A stretch of 37,441 bases of DNA from Welwitschia mirabilis (taxonomy: Eukaryota): the NCBI GenBank assembly GCA_051453625.1, contig JBOZIK010000001.1:36396798-36434238 (forward strand), in the 5' to 3' direction. The position numbers were made by a program, and so were the translations under genes. This document shows, piece after piece, positions 24,562-34,422 of this stretch (positions within the stretch are counted from its first letter, which is position 1; every line of letters starts with the position of its first letter). The notes under the pieces were generated by a model, which did no database searches, was not told the origin of the DNA, and was given only the letters and a program-made list of their open reading frames with translations.

Positions 24562-26174
24562 TTAGTCAAATATGTATCAACAAAATACTACTATGACTTA
24601 AAAATTGTAATAGTTTAAAGTTATGCTCTAGTAGTTTAGGAATAGGTAATAGTCTTAAATTTATAAAACTAAGATGATTTATTATAATATAGAAAACCTT
24701 AATTATCATTCTTCCTCAAGAACTGTAATAGATTTTTAAAGCTCATCAAAGATTAAATTTGTTTAAGAAAGATATGATTGAGGTATATTTAAGAGAAATT
24801 GAAAAATTGAATAAGAGTATTAACATTAGGAAACTTCTCCTCTTAGGCATTAGAAATGATTGTTCATGGGACAAACTACCACACAAGTATAAGGTATGAT
24901 TATGATATTATGTTAATCACAAATGGCTATCATAAGTAAGTAGTAATTGTTTACTACATGTTTTAATGACATCAATGCAATTGGTTTAGAGATGATTCCT
25001 CTTACAATCATCTAGGAAATATTAGGATAGCATAAAGATATTATAAATACTAAAACCTCAATTATCTAAATGCTAATAATACATTAAAGGAAATAATTCT
25101 AAATAATAAATACAAAAGAATGTTCAAAATGGACTATTGCATAACTAGTAATCATAATTATATCAGTTGTGGACTATGAAAAAAAAAATCTAATTACAAA
25201 CTAGAGTAAACTCATTAATGATGAAAATACTATAACAGAAAGTCTTAAGCTTGAAAAGGAATATATCTGATGATAGTGAGAAACTAGCTAAGTTAACCAA
25301 TGATTAGTCTTATCATATTTAATAAAAGCTATTGGACGTGAATTTGAAAAAATAAAAACTATGCTTGAGTAGTTACATCTAGATAATTTTCTTTCCTAAT
25401 TAATAAATTATAATAAGTAAAAGAAAGATTGAAGTATTACTGTGAAAAAAAAAGCAAGAAGTAAGAATTCAAAGTTTACATAAACTTAAAAAGAAAGATG
25501 AATGATATCAATTCCATAATGTGAATAATTTATCACTCTATTAATTTCGTATTTAATTAAAAAATGTTTATATCTATAAATTTATTTCCTAATGAAACCA
25601 TAAATGGATCATATATTAAATAATAAAAAATAGATATCAATTCACACAAGGAATTGAATCATGTACTAAACTAGTTGTATGATTAGAAATTTGACATGAA
25701 ATATATTAAGAAACAAGTGGAAATAGGATGAACCAAACTTGTATATCCTATAAGTTACAATTGGATTTAAATTAACTTTACACTAATAATAGTAAATTAA
25801 AAAAGAAAAGAGAGAATAAATAACTAATGCAAATGATTTAAACATACTCTGACAATGATTCAATAAGAAACTCTTAAATGTAGATCATGTCATAGAACTA
25901 AGGTAATGATATAATAGAAACAACTTGAATTCAATGTTTGTTATAAAGAAAGAAATGTGGAATCATTTTCCAAGTGAAATTAGTAATCTAAACTTCCTTT
26001 TTCAATGGAAAGCATTGTATCCATAATGGAATTCTAAAGGGAATTAAGGAAAATTACAAATGGTGTTAATAACATATCAAATATGGATAAGTATAATACG
26101 AATTGAGAATGAGTTTGATATAATTTTTAGCTTTTAACTCTTTGTCATTTCTGTGTAAAGTCTTATTACATGTA

Positions 26175-26506
26175 TTATCACTGAGCAATAACATGTGACA
26201 AAGCCTCCTTCTTTATTGCTAGCTTATCACATCATCTTAAATTTTCTGTTATCAAGTAATAAGAAGGGGCTAGATCAATCTTTAATCTAAGACCCCCCTT
26301 ATTACTTGGTGAAAAAAGTGGAAGATAGAATCCATTTATTTTTATTCTCACTAAGTGATAATTCATTCTTATATCCTATTATAACTGAGCGATAAAATAG
26401 GGATTATCACGGTGTCATAAATGTAGTTTTACATCTTATTGTAGATGTCTTACTTAGCTATAAAATAATTAAATTACTTTTTCACTAGCTTATTGCTGGG
26501 CAATGA
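26175..26506. repeat. Cluster of decayed 17-bp palindromes (inferred consensus TTATCGCTnAGCGATAA), left array
   Basis: TTATCACTGAGCAATAA 26175, TTCTCACTAAGTGATAA 26345, TTATAACTGAGCGATAA 26379, TTATTGCTGGGCAATGA 26490, plus half-sites TTATCAC and TTATTGCT. Confidence 0.7.
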
Positions 26507-27513
26507 GCTTATAACAATAAAAAATAAACAACGCTTAAATATTAAGTAAATTTCATTACAAATAGATAAAGAATTTTTAATTAATAAAATATTAGATTAA
26601 ATAAACTATTTAACATCATTCTATCATAAATTTATGATTAAACTATTTAACAATTATGTTATCCAATTAACAAGTTTATGATTCAGGTATGACGAAAATT
26701 ATTTCTAAGAAGGTGAATTTATAGTATTTTATTACAATCCCCTTTCTACGTTGTAATGACCCCTCATCAAATGATTAAATAAATTTATCATATTATCATC
26801 ATTAGATTTTATGTTTAAATAAACTATGTAACATCATTTTCTGCTTTAAAAATTAGAATTTACTATAACTATATATGAGGAAACAGAAATTAAAGAAACG
26901 TTTAAAATTGAGTACACATGTATGTTAATAAAGTCATAATTTCATTAAATAATATTAAGAAGTTACATACACCATCCTATATGGGGGGAATTCATGTTTT
27001 GGATGTTACAATGATGACATGTAGGACATAAAACATCCGAACTCCAACCTCAGGACATATTAAGTTCATTTACTTTACAAAAGATATCATCATAAATTAA
27101 AAATATAATCAAATTTTCATCTTTCATGACTCCTCTTCTTCATTTCCTAATGCAAGTGATAATAGGTTTGTCTCTCACCCAAATTCCATCCTATATGCAT
27201 TTTAATTTCTCATATCTCTTTTGCGAAGCCATTCATTATGAGCTCCAAAGCTTACATCTGATTGCTTACATCTGAAATGTTACCTCTCATCTATATGAAT
27301 TAATATATAAAAAAGGTGATTAAGGTGCCATTCATGATATAGTGTGAGGATCCTTGTGGAGGTTAGAGATGACTATGCTTTGTGAGCTGAATTTTGTTTA
27401 ACTCTCTCTTAATCATAGTAATCATCTACATAAGTCCCTCATGAGTAGTGTGAGTAGCCTTCTTAGATATCAAGATAGCATCAACCATAAAAATAAAATG
27501 ATTATTGGACCAT

Positions 27514-28119
27514 TCATTTCATATGTTTAATGATGACACATGCAAAACTATATGGTTTTACATTTAATAAAGCATGCATCATCCTGATGTGAAAAGTCAT
27601 CAAGTTAGCCACAGGCGTAGTAGGATGAATGTACATGATTAATAACTTGAAGAAAGTACATGAAACTAAGGGTAAACTATGGATAGAAAGGTCTTTCTCA
27701 TAGGCTAAAGTGAAGGCTCCAAAAGTAGCCTCCTTACTAGGTAATAGATAGAAGCACTTCAATTTATACTTCCTTATGGATTTGTCAATATACAACTAAG
27801 TGTTATGAATAGAAATGATATATTGTTTTCTTAAATAATCATTTGTAATCTTAATTTTATTTTGCCCCACTTTTGATTTGATTATGATCTCTCATTTCAG
27901 CTTATTCAAATCTTGAGAAAGTGGATACTTATATTTAACTTTCATTCTCCTATAGAATTCCCTTAGTTGTGAGTTAGAAAATTCATGGTGTTTAGGCTTC
28001 ACAAATCAAGCTAGGCCATGATGGATTATATCTTATATGATTTCAAGGTACATAGTTTTTAATGACTTAGTATAATTTCTTTCTAGAATTAAGGTAGCTT
28101 CTTGAAATAACCTCCTATG
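27514..28119 (-). pseudogene. Decayed transposon-associated ORF resembling 'putative plant transposon protein'/Athila ORF-like accessory proteins
   Basis: One frame of about 200 codons with 4 internal stops: ...LILERNY...QLREFYRRMK...IKSKVGQNKIKITNDYL...KLLIMYIHP...LMTFHIRMMHALLNVKPYSFACVIIKHM. This matches from memory the (L)VREFY.N...S.V.G..I.+T and P......T...L.A+....+N+..+I..M patterns of that family. No HMM was run. Confidence 0.6.
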
Positions 28120-29401
28120 TTTAGTTGCGTGAAGAATCACATGGCATCAAGATGGATAAGTGCTCTAGATTCATTATAGAAACAGTAATACTATGTANNN
28201 NNNNNNNNNNNNNNNNNNNNNNNNNNNNNNNNNNNNNNNNNNNNNNNNNNNNNNNNNNNNNNNNNNNNNNNNNNNNNNNNNNNNNNNNNNNNNNNNNAAA
28301 GTGGTGGTAGTAAAATCTAATGTGGGAGTCTGGGTTGAGGTGGATGTAAGAGTGCTGACATCCAAAGCTACTTCTTATTTTACATGAATATTGTTACTAT
28401 GTTTTTTGAAAAGAAAAAAATTATTACCAATGCCTTCCCAAGTGAAATCTATTTCTCAAAAATGAAAAATGATGATGTGAAGTAAATAGAAATAACAAAT
28501 TAATGTAAATGAATAGGTAATTATTCTTTTAAACATGCACTGGATCCTAATAATTAAAAGGAAAATGAAAAAGGAGTTATATAGTAACAAATTAAGATCC
28601 CTATGTCATATTTGATGAAATCCCAAAAAGAATCCTTTTTAAAACCAAATTAAAAGTAGAGTTTAAAAAGCAGTAAAATTATTTATAATTGAGGTTAGAA
28701 TCATGAAATTCTATAAAAACAAAATAGATCTTGAACAAAAACCTTAAGGCATTGAGAAAAGAACCAAGAGAGTTGTCTCATTATAGAAATAGAGACACTA
28801 ATGTAAGAGCATGTTCATTGTTTATCCTCTACGAGAATGAGGGACTTCTTTATAAAACCAAAAAATTAATAAGAAAACCCATGGCATAGTTTAAGGATTA
28901 AAAACGAGAGAATAAATAAGAAATATCTAAGAAAATGAATGAAGTTACTATGTTTCTTTATGTAAGCATTCTCATGGTGTTTGTAAGGTAGGAAAGTTTG
29001 TTTAGTTTTCTAAGAAACAACAATGTCATATGAATAGAAATCCTTAATTTGTATAGGTATTTAAGAAACTAAAAGATTAAAGATATGTTAATTGCTTATG
29101 ATTCAAAAAAGGTAGAAGAAAGAATGAAAAAGTAGGATTTTGTGTTTTTTTCCTAAAGCAATGCTTTATCAAGCTTTGAAAATCCTAGGAAAAATGAGAT
29201 AAGGACAAAAAGGAATCTAATCCTTACTTGTAAGAATGAGGGACTAGTTGATGATAACATTTTAAGAGTAGGATTGACTAATATTACTACGTTTAAGTAA
29301 AGAAAATTTCATTTGTCTTCTTTAAAAAAGTAAATAAGTAAGGCTTAACCTTTTAGTTAGTGGGGTAAGTATCTTTATATATATATTTGTTAATCTTAAT
29401 T

Positions 29402-29894
29402 CTATTGCTAGGGGATATCCTTATGACAGATTTATTAAAAAATAAAAAATAAAAAAAATAAAATTTCTATTACAACCATACCACATGTCATCATTATGAA
29501 ATAAGTTCGTTTATGAGCAAACTAACTAAAAATTTTCACTCCAGCTAATGCTATGTGATATGTTAGTGATAAGAATTTGTCAAAAATCTGAGACATTATC
29601 ACACATGTGATAGCTTATAACATAGTACACAATGTTGTTATCTTATTGCTTAGTGATTTCTAAGCAACATCTGAGTGATATAAATTCATTGTAAGTATAT
29701 CACTTAATAATAAATATTACTAAAATTTTTTTCCCCTAGATTTTTAATTCTTTCATTATTAGGTTTTTGTCTACACACATACACATACATATAGATAGTG
29801 TTTGTAGTCTTGCCACAAGGATATTCCTTAGCAATAAGACACTTGCATTATGTGTATGCTAATGTTTTGCTATGAGGCTATGGCTAAGTGATAA
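29402..29894. repeat. Cluster of the same decayed 17-bp palindromes, right array, with a 26-bp inverted repeat
   Basis: CTATTGCTAGGGGATAT 29402, TTATTGCTTAGTGATTT 29643, ATATCACTTAATAATAA 29697, ATATTCCTTAGCAATAA 29821, CTATGGCTAAGTGATAA 29878. 29403-29428 and 29811-29836 are reverse complements at 22/26. Confidence 0.65.
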
Positions 29895-30796
29895 AGGCTT
29901 ATATACATATGTCTATAAGCACCTATCTATGTTGTAGTAAATTTTATTATTCCCCATGGTTTTATTTCTTTTTAAGTTGATTTAGTGTTATTTTGGTTAA
30001 TTAACTTAGGTAGGTAATTTAAATTAACAAAAGATGAGGGTTTGGTGTTTTCCTTAGGCCTAATAATTAAAGTACAAATTTGGCAAGGGTAAAATACATC
30101 TGAATTGAGAAAATTTAGATCTTGAAATTAAAATTGATCCCTAAGGTTTAAGGGTTTAAGGGACTTAATTCATTTTCAATCTCAATTTTAGGTGAAACAA
30201 ATTAAATATGAATTCTTGAGTGTAATCTAAATAATAAGACATTACACTTCTAGAAATACAATAGTTCTCAAAATGAATATATCAAAATGATGCTTTAAAT
30301 GAATAAAATCTAATATTTCATAACTTAATCCATTTTTCCTTGGTAAATATGAATTCCATGATTAAGTCATAAATCCAAATTTATAGAAAGTGTATTAAGA
30401 ATGTTAAAATAAATTGTTCTAAGAATATAATTAAAAATGAATAGGATCCAATTTCTATCAAATAAATTTGAATTTAGAAGTGTAAAAATTAAAGAATAAT
30501 TTTCTAAATCCAAATTATGATAAAACAGATTTAAACTACAGAAATCGATATTAGAATCTAAATTTGAATAATCAAAATGAACTTCAATGTGAAAGATCTA
30601 AAAAAATCTAATATTGTAACTCTAGAAATTAACTTTGAGATAAAAAGGTATATTCTAAGAATAAAATCTCAATTTCTAGATTAAATCTAAATTACTTATG
30701 CTTCAAGATGTAAGATGGACAGAAATGGAAAATAATATTTTAGACAGACATAAAAAAGGAGATTTTAACCTTATGATTTTAGTGAGGAATAGGACA

Positions 30797-31150
30797 GAAT
30801 TGAAAAGGGTAACTTTCTTCAGCTTCTTCATAGCTTGACATTATTGGATAGTGAATTCCTTATTGGTTGCTATAATTTATAGCAACTTTGGTAATTCTTG
30901 AACATTTTTTGGACTTTTTGCTTCCTTTTGAATGTCTTTTGCGCTTGATCTTCTCCTCTTTGGACATTTGATGGAATTGAAAAGGATAATTTTCTTCAGC
31001 TTCTTGATAGCTTGACATTGTTGGATAGTGAATTCCTTATTGGTTGCTACAATTTCTAGATCCTTTGGTAATTTTGAACATTTTTTGAACTTCTTTCTTC
31101 CTTTTGAATGTCTTTTGCACTCGATCTTCTCCTCCTTGGACATTTGATGG
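30797..31150. repeat. Tandem duplication, two copies of 176-177 bp
   Basis: GAATTGAAAAGG..TTTCTTCAGCTTCTT...GGACATTTGATGG starts at 30797 and again at 30974, with no gap between the copies. Confidence 0.93.
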
Positions 31151-33929
31151 CTTGCTTTAATTAAAATATTTTTAATGATGATTGTGAATCCACCTTATTT
31201 AGGAGTAATGAAACAAAAATTTATATTACGAGTAATATATTTTATGCATAGTTTCATGTTAGAAACATAGAATTAATATTTAGTTTACATAAATAATAGT
31301 AACTGTCTTTCATATTTGGACATTACTTTAGAATTATAATTTAGGATTACATATTGATTGTAGTGCATAACACAGTAATTAATAAAAATAGGATTATCAT
31401 TTTGTAGGTTTATGTGCACTTAGAGGATGATGACAAGTATTAAACAATTAGTAATGGAGAATAACATGGAAAGAAGAAAGAGAAATCACCCATTACATGC
31501 AAATGTCACATGGCAAGTCGAGGCAAAATTTGTTCTAACTCCCTTAGATTCATGCATAATNNNNNNNNNNNNNNNNNNNNNNNNNNNNNNNNNNNNNNNN
31601 NNNNNNNNNNNNNNNNNNNNNNNNNNNNNNNNNNNNNNNNNNNNNNNNNNNNNNNNNNNNNNNNNNNNNNNNNNNNNNNNNNNNNNNNNNNNNNNNNNNN
31701 NNNNNNNNNNNNNNNNNNNNNNNNNNNNNNNNNNNNNNNNNNNNNNNNNNNNNNNNNNNNNNNCTACAAAGGGGACACTATTTGTAATCAGAATATTTAT
31801 TATAGTATAAGCATTATATTTCTTAAAAAAAATTTGTATTATGATTTCATTTTAGAATTTGTAACATATTGCAGAACTGACAAGTTATCTTTTAGAATGC
31901 TGTTTTACTTATTTGCATGCTAAAAAGTATTGTGAACTAATATATTGCTTTAAGAAGTAATAATTTATCTTATTTGACTCCTATATCTATTGTTGGATGG
32001 GTATTAATATATTACAATGCTTAGAAATAGGTGTTATGTAGTATTATTTTACTACTGTTCTTACATTACATAGCCCCTTAATCTTATATTTTATGTGNNN
32101 NNNNNNNNNNNNNNNNNNNNNNNNNNNNNNNNNNNNNNNNNNNNNNNNNNNNNNNNNNNNNNNNNNNNNNNNNNNNNNNNNNNNNNNNNNNNNNNNNNNN
32201 NNNNNNNNNNNNNNNNNNNNNNNNNNNNNNNNNNNNNNNNNNNNNNNNNNNNNNNNNNNNNNNNNNNNNNNNNNNNNNNNNNNNNNNNNNNNNNNNNNNN
32301 NNNNNNNNNNNNNNNNNNNNNNNNNNNNNNNNNNNNNNNNNNNNNNNNNNNNNNNNNNNNNNNNNNNNNNNNNNNNNNNNNNNNNNNNNNNNNNNNNNNN
32401 NNNNNNNNNNNNNNNNNNNNNNNNNNNNNNNNNNNNNNNNNNNNNNNNNNNNNNNNNNNNNNNNNNNNNNNNNNNNNNNNNNNNNNNNNNNNNNNNNNNN
32501 NNNNNNNNNNNNNNNNNNNNNNNNNNNNNNNNNNNNNNNNNNNNNNNNNNNNNNNNNNNNNNNNNNNNNNNNNNNNNNNNNNNNNNNNNNNNNNNNNNNN
32601 NNNNNNNNNNNNNNNNNNNNNNNNNNNNNNNNNNNNNNNNNNNNNNNNNNNNNNNNNNNNNNNNNNNNNNNNNNNNNNNNNNNNNNNNNNNNNNNNNNNN
32701 NNNNNNNNNNNNNNNNNNNNNNNNNNNNNNNNNNNNNNNNNNNNNNNNNNNNNNNGTCTAGATTTACTACATAAATTTGCATAAATAATGTTAATCCTAG
32801 ACCTCATCACTTTGCACTAGAAATAGGGTGGTCTCTAAGTTATTTAGGCCATCTTAGTTGCTATTTATTAAGGAAAGAAAGAAAAGAAAATATTATTAGT
32901 AAACTTTTTCCTAAGACAGTTTTATGCTGAGATAATGCCATCTTTAAGTAAAGAAGTAGATTCATATGCCTCCATGAAAGATTTAGAAACATTAATGAGA
33001 AGTCATATTAAGCTAAGGAAAATGGACCTATTGATAGAAGCATAAAGAGAAAAAAACAAATAAAAAATTGTTGAAGGGCTATATTGGAAAGATAAAGAAG
33101 ATTTTATTATAGCCCCTTNNNNNNNNNNNNNNNNNNNNNNNNNNNNNNNNNNNNNNNNNNNNNNNNNNNNNNNNNNNNNNNNNNNNNNNNNNNNNNNNNN
33201 NNNNNNNNNNNNNNNNNNNNNNNNNNNNNNNNNNNNNNNNNNNNNNNNNNNNNNNNNNNNNNNNNNNNNNNNNNNNNNNNNNNNNNNNNNNNNNNNNNNN
33301 NNNNNNNNNNNNNNNNNNNNNNNNNNNNNNNNNNNNNNNNNNNNNNNNNNNNNNNNNNNNNNNNNNNNNNNNNNNNNNNNNNNNNNNNNNNNNNNNNNNN
33401 NNNNNNNNNNNNNNNNNNNNNNNNNNNNNNNNNNNNNNNNNNNNNNNNNNNNNNNNNNNNNNNNNNNNNNNNNNNNNNNNNNNNNATTATAAGAATAGGA
33501 AAGGGGGGTTTAGTGGTCAATAATTTGAAAAAGCTATTGTTATAACATCTCAGCTTTAGCTAAAACCAAGATACGCTAAATGCAAAACTATTGGAACTAG
33601 GTCAAAAAAACTTTCAGTAATGATTAATCACCTTAAAAGAGAGCTAAGTAGTGGGAAATCAAAAAATGGAAGAGAAGACTTTAGTAGAAATAGAAAATAA
33701 AGTAAATGATACATTACCTTTTAAAATGAGAGTAAACTGATAGGAAACCTACAAAAGAAGAAGACAAGAGATTTGGAATATTTATTAAAGTCGTAAAAGA
33801 TACTTCTTTCTCTCTACCTTTGATTAAAGGTTAAAAGATATTTCTCTTTATTGGAAATAAATAAGTAAGTCTTTATAGGAAGGAAAAGAATAAGAATAAG
33901 AGAAAGAAAATAGAAGTAGACAATGACAA

Positions 33930-34422
33930 GTCAAAAATTGGGATGACTAAGAATAACCAAGTATCATGGGCCTCTATGCAAAACTCACAAGAAAATCAAG
34001 TTGAAAGACTTAGTGAAAATGGTATGTCAGTGATAGATATTAAAGAAGAAAATATTATATATAATTGCTAAATGATCTTAATAATGATGATTATGGAGAG
34101 AAGGTTCCAATAATTAGAAGGGTCTAGTGGTTATCAACTAGAAATTTATTACAATGGAGAATATAAAAACTAGAGTAAACTTTGTCTACAGATGAAAAAC
34201 AATAAAGAAGAGTGTGAAGAATATCCATTTTAATTAAACATATTTGAAGAGGAATGTAATAACCAAAAAGAAATAGATTCATCATCTATGTTAGAGGAGA
34301 CTGAACAAATAGTCAATGGAAATAAGAAAGATGAACTAAATGAATACACCTTCAAAAGACATAAAAGAGAAGTTTATAAATACTCCTAGAAGTTCCATCC
34401 CAATAAATAATTTATTCCATAA
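33930..34422 (+). pseudogene. Decayed E/K/N-rich reading frame of unknown origin (possibly endogenous pararetrovirus or retroelement structural protein)
   Basis: A single frame reads NQVSWASMQNSQENQVERLSENGMSVIDIKEE...LEGSSGYQLE...KEECEEYPF*LNIFEEECNNQKEIDSSSMLEETEQ...FKRHKREVYKYS*KFHPNK*FIP. Its stops are all TAA/TAG, compatible with CAA/CAG deamination. No diagnostic motif was found. Confidence 0.3.
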
